Part shown: piece by piece, positions 13,560-24,581 of the stretch
Position numbering within the stretch: position 1 is the first letter of the stretch
Layout: each line of letters opens with the position of its first letter
Assembly: GCA_032718475.1 (NCBI GenBank)
Contig: JAUCBJ010007607.1
Coordinates: 1 to 64,000 of the forward strand
DNA: 64,000 bases
Direction: 5' to 3'
Source of the DNA: Nemertoderma westbladi
Taxonomy: Eukaryota > Animalia > Xenacoelomorpha
Notes under the pieces: model-generated
What the model was told of the DNA's origin: nothing
Seen by the model: only the letters and a program-made list of their open reading frames with translations
Databases searched by the model: none
Translations under genes and position numbers: made by a program

Positions 13560-15635
13560 GAGGACGAGTGCTGCGTAGACTATATTCCTATAAACCAAAA
13601 CCATACCTGGCTTCGCCTATTGAACGCATTATAAAGATCGTCAGTCTTCGTTTAAGAAATATATTTAAATACAAAACAGGACGAGCGCAACGAGGCTTAT
13701 AATGAAGACGAGTACTGCGTTGACTATTATTATTATATAAACCACCTGGCTTCACATATTGATCGCATCCCTAGTTAATATTATTATAAAGAAAGTCAGC
13801 CTGCGTTTAACCCTATTAAACCCGGGGGGGGGGGTCAATATGACCCCCCCATGGTTTTTTTATTATAATTCTGAAACAAATGCAGTTGGGAATCTGAAAT
13901 TTTATGACTTTTCCTAAAAATCTATTGTCTTCCTAGTAGTGAAAACCGTTTTTAAAAATATTGGGAACTTTTCGAGTTATAGCACCATTTTTTAACCCTA
14001 CTTTTGGCACTTTTTTTAGACGTTTTTTGAAAATTACATTTCATTAAATATGAATTGTAACATCTCTATTTTTGACTTACACCGGTTTTTTGGTGTTAGA
14101 AATTTGATGGAATTCATATAAATTGATTTAGAAATTTCAAACTTGTTTTTTTCGGTGGGTGCCAAATTTTGGTGCCAGCACCAAATTTTGAAATAAGTCA
14201 ATTTTGTAAATTGATCGTTTGAAACTTGTTTTTTACGCAATTGGGGTTTTTTGGGGTTCTGGATTCGATGAAATATATACGAGTTGCACCAAGCGTATCA
14301 AACTTGTATTTTTCGGTGCTGTCTGCAAATTTTGGTGCTAGCACGAAATTTTGAAAATCCATTCAATAGATAAAATTGCTTGTGACAATTCATTTCTTGC
14401 GTTTTAGAGGTTTATGGCTGTTCTGAATTCAATGGAAAATATAATTATCGAACTAGACATCTCAAACTTGTATTTTTCGGATGTGGGTGCAAAATGTGGT
14501 GCTAGCACCAAATTTTGAAAACCATCAAATATATCAATTGATTGTGTCACCTTGTTTCTTGCGTTATACGGGTTTGTGGTGGTTCTGAATTCAATGGAAT
14601 CAGTAAAAATTTCATAAGAGTTGTCAAACTTGTATTTTTCGCCGGTGGGTGAAAATTGTTGTGCCAGCACCAAATTTTGGAAAATATGCAAATTGATAAG
14701 TAGATAGTATCACCTTGTTTCTTGCGTTATACGGGTTTATGAGGGTCCTGAATCCGATGGAATTCATAAAAACAGCACTGGACATCGCAAACTTGTACTT
14801 TTTGGTGATGGGTACGAAATTTGGTGCTAGCACCAAAATTTGCCAAATTACGCCGAAAAATACAAGTACCAATGATCTGGCATATTAGAAATGTATTCCA
14901 TTAGAATCAGCGCCCTCGAAAACCTGAAAATGTGAATTTATAGCATCGTATAAGTGAATTAAAAATTTTGTGTTCTAACTGAAAAATGCTGGTTACTTGT
15001 TTTTTTCATTTTTTTCCTACGCAGAGAGGACTAAACAGCCATTTATAGTAATCATATCAATTTTTAATATTTTCCAATGTATTTTGCACCCCAGAAAACC
15101 TGTATTGAAAAATAATTAGCCGAAAATTAAACTTTCAAATTTGGTGAAAATTGTGCACTACTTGTAATTTTGGTGCTGCAATAAAACCACCCCAGTACAT
15201 TTTTTTGAAAATTTTTTTTTTCGGTCGGATCCAGACAAGTGATACCTACGTACTAACAAAAAATCAGACGTTTTCGTAAATATTTGTAGATTTTAGAGGG
15301 GGGGGTCAATATGACCCCCCCCCCCCCCGGTATTTGTACAACATTTTATAGCCCGGTACTAATAGGGTTAAGAAATATATTTAAATACAAAACAGGACGA
15401 GCACAACGAGACTTATAATGAAGACGAGTACTGCGTTGACTATTATTATTATATAAACCGCCTGGCTTCACATATTGAACGCATCCCTAGTTATTATTAT
15501 TATAAAGATCGTCAGCCTGCGTTTAAGAAATATATTTAAATACAAAACAGGACAAACGCAACGAGGCTTATAATGAAGACTAGTACTGCGTTTATTATAT
15601 TCCTATAAACCACCTGGCTTTGCATATTGAACGTG
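13560..15635 (+). repeat. ~156-bp minisatellite (about 3.5 units) interrupted by a MITE
   Basis: Unit starting AAGAAATATATTTAAATACAAAACAGGAC at about 13654, 15370 and 15525; continuity is restored by removing 13811-15371. Confidence 0.85.
13811..15367. mobile_element. piggyBac-like non-autonomous element
   Basis: TTAA TSD (13807-13810, 15368-15371); termini CCCTATTA..CCGGG / CCCGG..TAATAGGG; subterminal palindromes GGGGGGTCAATATGACCCCCC at both ends; internal ~120-bp degenerate tandem repeats at about 14030-14900. Confidence 0.85.
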
Positions 15636-15837
15636 CTATTGGAAATAAGTTCGTGCTACCCTTCCGTGGGTGGTAGATGTCGCGGTTATGTATTGGTGGG
15701 TGGGAAGGGTGGGGGGGGGATTAAAAGGGGTGAACACGTACTGTCCCCCTTTCTTTATTTGATTGATGGTGTGGGTCAATTTCTCAAATACTGATTTTGT
15801 GATACAGTCGCTCAATTTTAATTTGTATCTCATAACT

Positions 15838-16055
15838 GGGCCTCGTGCTGCGCGAAGGCCCCACGAACGTGTCGTTCTGTCGTTCTTGTTCAATTTTAAA
15901 CGTTAATAACTCGGCCAATCTTCGATGAAATCTATCCAAACTTGGTACACATGTTGTTTGGCAAAAGTTTAGAAATTTTCCAAGTTGAATTTTCGTGTGG
16001 CCTTCGAGAAGCTAAGATAATAGCAGTTAATTTGTTAATTAAATTGATTACGGTA
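15838..16055 (+). repeat. Second copy of the DINE/HINE-like core
   Basis: Near-identical to 12175-12357; preceded by CGTGCTGCGCGAAGGCCC, the reverse complement of the motif at 12481. Confidence 0.75.
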
Positions 16056-17147
16056 AAAACAGCACTTTCAACCTGCCTGTTAAAGGAAATTAATTGTTTT
16101 ACAGTATAAGACTTCAATAATTATACTTAAACATTATACAGATGTAATGTAACAGAAAAACCAAAACAAAAAGGAAGGTTCCTTTTTGTTTTTGTCTTGG
16201 TTTTTCTGTTTCTTGTGATTTCTTACTCTGTAAAAATTACATTATCATTTATCATAGCTATCATTATGTTGCATTCTACCTAACCATGCGCTTTAAGTAG
16301 ATACCTCATAATCCTATGTAACCTACCTAATCCAATTATACCATTCAGTATGTAGACACATGACCACTCCTGGGATTTCCCTATCAACTTCTCCCAACCT
16401 TATAACCCAACCTGCAACCCTATATTTGTACCTTAGATTGACAGCTTAAAACTAACTCGGTGTATTTTCCCTATCACAATTACCTTACGTTATACAGTAC
16501 ATACATACACGTTAACCTTTCTGGGATTCACCTATCAGGTATTCCCCTTTAAAACTTATATATATATATATAGACCCCCACCTTTTCCTGTTAGTTGCCA
16601 GTACATAGTCTGATGCAATCCGGTAGGTCGAAAACGTTTACTATTGTATCTTTACCTAATATAATATAACCAGCTAAAGACCCTCAATACTATATTTTTT
16701 CTATCATCTTTACACTAAAGTAATTAAAACGGCATAAAAAATTGATTCTTATTAAATACTACTCATTTATTGGCCAACATGCTGGTACATAGATGGAAGG
16801 ATGTGTGTGTAAGGCAGCCAGTTGCTGGGAATGATTATTGGCCAAGTCTCTGCTGGTGTGTAGCTAGCTGGCTGGGAGTTGTGGCTGTAGACTAACCAGA
16901 GAAGAATTGTAATAGGCAACCAGTATTGCTATTCCAGCCCAGACAGCATTCTTTAAATCCCACATCCCACCATCCTTCCTGTATTCCAATTCCTATTGAC
17001 TCTACTATAAATGTTGTATTGCTATCTCAGGTAAATGACAGATACATGTATAATAAAACTAGAACGCCAGCAAGCTGGCTTTAAACGAACCTGTCTTTCA
17101 AGTTCAAGGTTCAACTGTATAAAGTAATGTTCTTCGATAAGAAAAAA

Positions 17148-17336
17148 GTATCGGAAAGAAGCACTTTTAGTCACAAATTTTAATTAACCGAAATTCAATT
17201 AATCTATCTGGGTGTATTGAGATTTGCACGAGTAAGGAGGCTTTTAAAATTCCATCGAGTGCAAAACTCAATACACGAGGGCAGAATATCTGAATTTCGG
17301 TTACTGAAATTAATTACAAGGAGTTCTTTCCGACAC
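17148..17336. mobile_element. Small foldback (palindromic) MITE-like element
   Basis: Nested inverted blocks TCGGAAAGAA/TTCTTTCCGA, AACCGAAATTCA/TGAATTTCGGTT and GTGTATTGAG..TGCAC/GTGCA..CTCAATACAC. Confidence 0.65.
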
Positions 17337-17883
17337 GTTTTAGGCACTAATGTAATAAATATTGATGAAAAATCCAAATAATATCTTTAACCGAAAAGCA
17401 TAGTAATATAACTTTTTGATCAAGTTCTGCAGATATGGCGGCCCATGAAAAATATACCAGAATTTCTGCCGTATATTTTAACTTGGCAGTTTACCCCAAT
17501 GTGAAGAATACCCGGTTTTCATTAAAAATACAGGTTACAGAAGGGCTGAATCTAACCAAAACAACAGGTTATAAGACTGAAATGGCGTAAAAAAACACTT
17601 TATAAGGTACATTTAAAAAAATACGAATTCTTCATATAGGCCTATAAAATTTCAATGTAATTTCGACAGAAAAGTGAATACCTGGTATTCTTCACATAGG
17701 CAGTAATAACATCATGAGCAATGCGAAATAAACTAAATCATATAGTTGCCTGAGTGATACACGGTTAGTCTATATAAATTGCATTTAGAACTGGTAAAAA
17801 ATTGTTGGTTTGAAACAATGCCATTATAATGAGAAGAAATTTAATAATTATATTATTAACAATCAAACTCAAACAATACCGGA

Positions 17884-18099
17884 TCAATCGCTATCATAAT
17901 AGTCATCCTGATTGTTTTTTATGTCGAGTATCATTTTTGATACTGCTAACATAAAAGACCTTCTCTCCGAACGCGAAAATCTTGACACATCCTCAACCCA
18001 ACTCATCATTTCTCCTTTGAGACGTTTTTTAAGTGGGCTCTCTTCGGCGTCTGCTCTTACTATGTCTGAACCTGTTGATAACATCCTCTTCAACGACAT
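17884..18099 (-). CDS. Short ORF with basic patch and BESS-like helical motif; possibly the last exon of the OB-fold gene
   Basis: SPLKKRLK followed by MMSWVEDVSRFSRSERRSFMLAVSKMILDIK. I could not build a clean in-frame splice from the upstream exon. Confidence 0.3.
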   Translation of the reverse strand: MSLKRMLSTGSDIVRADAEESPLKKRLKGEMMSWVEDVSRFSRSERRSFMLAVSKMILDIKNNQDDYYDSD

Positions 18100-18554
18100 G
18101 GGGGCGGGGGCGTCCCTATCGTAGCCTTCCTTACCCCCTTCGAGAGGTTACTCTGAATAACTGTTGAACTGTCTGAAGACAGAGTTTAAAAAATTAATAA
18201 AATATATAAAATTAAACATTAAATATAATTTAATTGAAATATAAAACATTTCATACTTAGTAAATAATGTAGGCTATCTTAAGGGAGCAATTCATAATAA
18301 GTTATTTTAAATTTTAAACATTATGAGACTATTAAAGCCTGTTGATTTCCGTTACGTATGTTAAATAATGTTGTTATTGATGTAATTATTAGGTAATTCG
18401 GTCGGTACTTGGGGATATTATCCAATAAATTTTTTGGAGACAATTCGTTAAGGCTTACGTGCTATTAGCGATTACGACTTTACGTGCGTTTACCAACCCT
18501 ATTATAATAGGGTTGTTATTCATTCACATAAAATACAGTATAAAAATAACTTAC

Positions 18555-19025
18555 GTTGGTATATTGTCTCCTCCACTGCATCTAACTGTTTGTAATCATT
18601 GAAGGAATTCACCTTCACGTTGGTGATGTCGATGCATGCATCGACATCAAAAATGAATTTCTCGATGTGTTTATTAAAGATAGACATCTGTATGAAGCCA
18701 GTTTTATCAGATACTTTGACCTTTCTTAGTTTGTATTCCTTTTTTTTGGTGTCACCACCACCACCTTCAGTGTTTATTATCGAAACAACCCTGACGCTCA
18801 CGTCTGTAAAAAAAAGTTAAATTGTCAAATCATATAAATTATTATAGTCATTTAGCTTCAGTTTGAAAAGCTTGAAATAAATATGCCCTTAGTATTATGA
18901 ACATAACGGATCTGGAATATTGAAATAATAATCACATTTAATAATTTATTATTTGTAATAGATAAATTATCCTTACCTGTAATAGAGCAATCGCTAATTG
19001 ATGAGAGTTCCTCCAATAGAACCAT
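18555..19025 (-). CDS. Spliced gene (exons 19025-18977 and 18803-18555) encoding an OB-fold ssDNA-binding-like domain (RPA/SSB/NABP type)
   Basis: ATG 19025, donor AG|GTAAGG, acceptor TTTTTTTACAG, donor |GTAAGT at 18554, with compatible phases. Product MVLLEELSSISDCSITDVSVRVVS...KVKVSDKTGFIQMSIFNKH...CIDITNVKVNSFNDYKQL shows the OB-fold D-x-TG-x-I pattern. Confidence 0.6.
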
Positions 19026-19522
19026 ACTGCCAGCCTCACTGAATGAATTGTATTCTAATTAAAAATACAACTACTACTGTGTAAAGTAAATGCCGTTATA
19101 CCGTAAGGTAAGAATTTTACAAAATCTAATTTATCTAATTGAATTTGAATATAATTGAATTCCATGTAGCGAAACTGGCATGTTTTTATAGTGAATATAA
19201 CTAAAGGTCAATCATTCATAACCTTTCAGTAATGAGCTATAAAATTAAAATAACATATATTTCATAGAATCTATCATTACATTATATTACTATATGCCTA
19301 CATCACCAATAAATAATTGAATTAAATCAATCCGTAACACCAAAAGTCTTCCAATATTAATTGCAACTTGCAATAATTATACTTGTATTTATATATTTAC
19401 TCATGAATGAACGAACTGTTAATCAATTACAAACACAAACTATCAATCTGAACGGCTTCCAACATTAGTTGCAATCAAGTTGACATTGTAGTCTCCTACT
19501 CATTGATTCCTGAATGAACGAT

Positions 19523-21391
19523 TATTGGAAGAGACAGTAACAATACCTGCAATATCCTACTGTAAAGTTTGTGAATCAAATTATAAATCCGACCTTCTCA
19601 CCAAAACAGTAAACTCTAAGTAAGCGAATATATTGCAGTATCGATCTCTTATAACCGGTGAGGCAGAAAACAGTCTACGAGCAGACAAACTTCGATAAAA
19701 CAAAATCCCGCGCAGCGAATCCTAAAATCAGGCTGACTCACTGACGGACTAAGGGGCTCGTATACTTTGCCGCGGTGTGATTTATATGGTTGGGCGAAAG
19801 GGACGCTAGCTAGGTACAGAGGCAGAGATTTGGAGATGTCTAACTAGCGGGCAAAGCACAGTACGGACAAAAGTTAATTTTATATATTTTGAGGTGTAAA
19901 TAATTTCTAACGCACGCGTGTGTTAATTCTGAACGGTCTAAGGCAGTTTTGCTCCTTCACATATATAATTACTGGGTACGGTGTGCATTTTACGAATATT
20001 CTAATTTTGTAACCTCTTGCGTATTTCCAGGACTCAAATTCAGGCATAAGGTTAATGCTACGCCCAGAATTCGGCAATTTTAATTTACCAGGCCCCTAAT
20101 ACTAAGAAGAAATGTGTTAGTTTACTACAGTAGGCGTACTGTTACTAATAGCTATCCTGGCGTCCTATCTAGAATTTTAGTCACCTAGGTAGGCTGGGTA
20201 ACTTCCTATCAGGACGTTGGCGGGGACACGGTAGATGTTAGTATATCCCTAATAGCCTCAATTTATTTGCGCCTAGTTGTAAACTGCCCTACCGCCTGAA
20301 CGGTACAATCCCAATTCAGGTGAAAACACAGCAACCCTCCTAGCCTACAAGTTCTAATGCAATGGACACCGTTGTACTGCAAATAGTCGCAAACGCACCT
20401 GTACTTAGCAAGAGTTAGGCGTACAGTTTGCTGCACCCTACCAATGTGTATGCTGCGTACCGGTGTGCCTACGTCCTATCTGCGTACTAGTATCTGCCTG
20501 CTCTCTCTCCCTCCCCCCGTAGGAATGTGAAGGTCTACTGTGGTTTTTTCCTGAATTAAGACAGTACAGTCCCTAAGATGTAATTTTAGGCTCACAGCGT
20601 GTCACTACTTCTACCTTTTGATCTTTGGTCTTACGCTTAGGTAGCAAGGCGTCGAACGCTGTCTAACCTTTCAGGCGATGGGCGAATAACTGAGATGATA
20701 TTGCGGGTTGTCTCTTGTCTACATTCCCGTGATGTTCCCGTTCATTGCTGCGGCCCGATCTCTAGCCGGCCATCCTGTTCTTAAGTGTGTTCACCGTAGT
20801 GAATCATGGTGAAAAGAAAGCAGATAGCGGTATTTCTGAATTTATTGCAGATAATAATACAAAATGTAATCTGAAAACTAATGACAGAATACACAAATAT
20901 CAAATAACTCAGAAGTTAGTGAAGAGTAGAGTGAATAATCTGACTAATGAACAAATCGCACCTTTATATAGCAAATTTGTGCTGCAATCAATCGAGAAAA
21001 TTCTCGATTGTTCTATAGGTTCTAACAGGTTTTTAAAGATAGCTATTGGTCCAGCTAATATATAACTTGCACGACATTGGTTACAATCTAATAACTGCAG
21101 TCTCATTGGTTAATCTAGGTACAAACAAATGCAATTTAATTTGTAGTGGTCAATTTAAATGAGTTGAAATTCTGCACAAAAAATAATTCGCACTTACTAG
21201 GATTCGAACTCAATACCTACTACACATATAATTTCCAACGCTCCACCGACTGAGCTACTGAACCACTTGACTAAAGGTCGTACAATAGATATAATAAATA
21301 CAAATGAGGACTCAAAGTAATCTTTTACAAAGTTAATTCGAATAAAATAAAATTTTGAAAATCCACGGCATTTAGGGAATATAATTCTATA
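19523..21391 (-). repeat. 3' LTR (1869 bp) of BEL element 1
   Basis: Direct repeat of 33929-35837 with roughly ten substitutions by eye and one ~40-bp indel. Element-strand termini TATAGAA...TTCCAATA. Confidence 0.95.
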
Positions 21392-21399
21392 CCGCTCCA
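21392..21399 (-). other. Short polypurine tract (element strand TGGAGCGG)
   Basis: Directly abuts the 3' LTR. GGGAGCGG abuts the LTR of the second BEL element (56813-56820) in the same way. Confidence 0.65.
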
Positions 21400-22317
21400 T
21401 GAAAACAGGATATTATCGTGCATAAAATATACGGTTTTCACCAATAATCAATCAAACTATAGAATACTTAGGGCGTACTTACATATTTACAATTAAATTT
21501 CAAACAATACTTCCTTTCTACATAATGATTCGATACAAAATAATTACAAATTCAAACTTTACGTAGTTAAGGCTTTACTAAGTAAGTACAATACAAATCT
21601 AAATTAAATTCACCAATATAAATCTATTGCATCTCAATATTGCATAAATTCAAGCAAATACAAATAAAATAAATGAAAATCATAAGAAAGGCTCGCGAGT
21701 CTTCCATCTACTATTGCATCTCAAATATTGCATAAATTCAAATAATTACAAATACTTTCGTGCCTAAATGTAGATTGCATAAGTTCGGAATAATTACAAA
21801 TATGAGTCTTTCTAAGCACAAAACTTTCTAACTATAAAACTTTCTAAATACAAAATATAACACTTTACAAATGAAACTATAAGAAAGGCCCACGAGTCTT
21901 CCATCTACTCTTACTTTCTATTTCACTGTAAATACAAATACTGCTTATAAGATATAAATTGCATAATATTCGGAACAATATAAATTGCATAAGTTCGGAA
22001 TAATCACAAATATAAAATATAAATCTTGCAAATATAAATCTTACTAAAGATAAATTCTTACTAAATATAAATCTTTACTAAATATAAATATAAACTGCAT
22101 AAGTTTAGAATAATATAAACTCCTTTGCATCTCAAATATGAAACATAAATCTTTCAAATATAAGTTCCTTCTAAATATAAACTTTCTAAATTTCATAAAT
22201 TCGGAACAATACAAATTGCTTAAGTTCGGAATAAACACAAATATAAATATAAATTCAAATAAATCACAAAATCATAAGAAAGGCTCACGAGTCTTCCGTC
22301 CACCCTTGCCCTCCCTT

Positions 22318-23915
22318 TTATCGTTTTGTTGATCGAGCCCTGCCTCGAAAACTGCGCACAGGTGACTTTGCTCGCGATATGGGACTTGTGGGGCGAGTCA
22401 CTGGTTTCGTTTGGACGTTGAGAGATGGTGCGACTATTTCCTCGCAAATTCGTCTATTTGGCATCCCAAATCCTCGTCCGATTCCTCGTGACCGATCAGT
22501 TGTCACTACAGTTGGTAGAACGTCTGGGAACGCGCGAGAAGCGGACGACGCAGACCCAAGAGTAGCTTGTGCCCCCTTCTGATCAGCTGGTGTATGTCCC
22601 GATCCTCCTGTTGGTTCTCTAGGAAGCGATACCGTATCCCGAGTAATTCGAATGGTCGGCTCAACTCCCTTGCGTTCTTCTATATTAATAGACTTCTTTA
22701 ACTGTTGGCCCACTTTCTGGACCCGTATGATCCTACCCTGTCCGTCCTCCCGAGGGTGACGTGCAGACGGCGCAACCGGAGTGGCTGGTATATTTGTCGC
22801 CTCTAGGACCTCCTCTTCCTCGAATACGCTCGCTCGTATACGTTTGTGGTAAAACGCGGCTCGGTACGCCCATGCAACGGTTAACCAAGCTCCTTTATTC
22901 CGCTTTTCAGTTCGGAAACGATCGAATTCACCATACGTAATGCGATTAACGACTTTCTGAAAATTCCACGTGTTTTTGTTATCCGGGTGAATCTGTAATA
23001 GATACTCGCGCACTACTCGGAATCCACTGTCGTGGGGCAAAATATCGACAACCTCGATAAGTTCGTCATATTGGGGCATAGCGGAGATATATCCTTCCGA
23101 CATCATCGTTTGAGGATTTACCGCCCAAAATCCGAGATGCGCTCTCATCGGAAACCGTCTTCTTTGTGCCGATACATGTTCGTCGGCTAAATCTTCCCAC
23201 TCATCAAATAACTTCCTCACGAGTTTTACAGATTCGTGTTCATAAGGTATGTCTCTTAGTTGGCATTCAGATGCTCGATGTCCTTTTATATTGCAATAAG
23301 TACATTGAGCCATAAATCTCCAGCAAGTATAAAAGGTATGAGACCCTTGATCCCCACACCATCCACAGATTAGCTGAGTCGTAGTAATGTGCTTTCCACT
23401 GCACTTGGTCGAATGATGTCCAGCGACGCCACATTTACCACACATCGTGTTGGCAGGGTACCACACTCGTTCGTATATAAGATCCCCAATCGGTCGAGCG
23501 CTTCCTCCCACACTATAATCGTAATCATCTGGATCTATGAGTTGGTAGGTTTCTGAAGGTTGTACACAAACTATAGCATCTGTTGCTTCAAGTTGTCGAA
23601 TCTCCGTCTGAGATTTCTTCGGGAGGTTCCTTTCTATCTCAAGAAGTTCCTCTAAAGGATCGTCAGTGATCGTAGTAGTTACTTCGAAATCATCACCAAG
23701 GTGACCGATAGGCGCACGCGTCTGCCGTGATTCGTTCGTAACCTCCACGATACCGTCGTGTCATATTTAGTTCTCGCGAGTTTCGCTGTACTTTCTGATA
23801 ATTCCTTTATACCGAATATAGTGTAGTCCTTGGCTCCAAATCTTTCGAATGGCGCTGCTGCCTCCTCTTGGATATCATATCCCCATCTCGGCTCTCCTTG
23901 TATCCCTTTCTCCAT
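22318..23915 (-). CDS. Extra ORF3 in env position: triple zinc-knuckle protein with basic Arg/Ser-rich tail; probable frameshift near 23750
   Basis: CGKCGVAGHHSTKC, CGWCGDQGSHTFYTC, CTYCNIKGHRASEC. ORFs 23915-23679 and 23748-22318 overlap in different frames. Splice acceptor at 23947 with a CTAAC branch point upstream. Confidence 0.75.
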
Positions 23916-24581
23916 AATTAGGGGTGTAGTTACATAATCATTACTACTAGAGGGAATACAACAGAGTTTGTAGTTAGTTGTGAGGAGACGGGAGAGTTTC
24001 GTCTGCCCTTTGGGCTCGACAACGCTCTAACCTCCTACCCATAGCCTAAGATCTAGGGTTTCTTTAATGACACGCTGCTTCTTATCTAAAATTTTTTGCC
24101 GAAATAAAAACGAATTTGGGCTAAACTGGCTGTGAGTCTAAAATACTCACTTTTTGATCCCAAACTATTATCAGAAAATAAGCAGTCAAGAATTAGTAAT
24201 AAATATAGGGGAGTCTATTTATTGACGTAACTTATTGAAACAAGACCGTGTAAAATTTAATTAAAATTTTAAGAAAGGCTCGCAAGTCTTCCTCTCTTGT
24301 TTCTCTAATTTTAAGTTCCACCCGACTGTACCCTGAAATCTATTCACTGGAGAAAATTTTAAAAATTTTTCAAATCCAAATGGATTGTCTAAAATTTCGA
24401 AAATGTCTCAATATTGTGAGTTCCAAGTAGAATTCCATTTCTTATACCTACAAATCCCGCTCCTATGTGACACATAAGGGTACAACCCTCAATGTTCACA
24501 TATAAAGACAATGGAATTCTACCGCTGCGCTGTCCTTACTACGGTGTACAGGTACGTGGAAATCTATTTGTAAACTCCTAA

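Noticed and set aside
14034-14872. Repetitive small minus-strand ORFs
   Set aside because: Translations of the ~120-bp internal repeats of the piggyBac-like MITE; no transposase motifs.
16150-16210. Terminator-like hairpin
   Set aside because: Low-complexity A-rich/T-rich inverted repeat in eukaryotic DNA; no associated unit identified.
20787-21400. Small ORFs duplicated at 35233-35984
   Set aside because: They are duplicated only because they lie in the LTRs; no recognisable domains.
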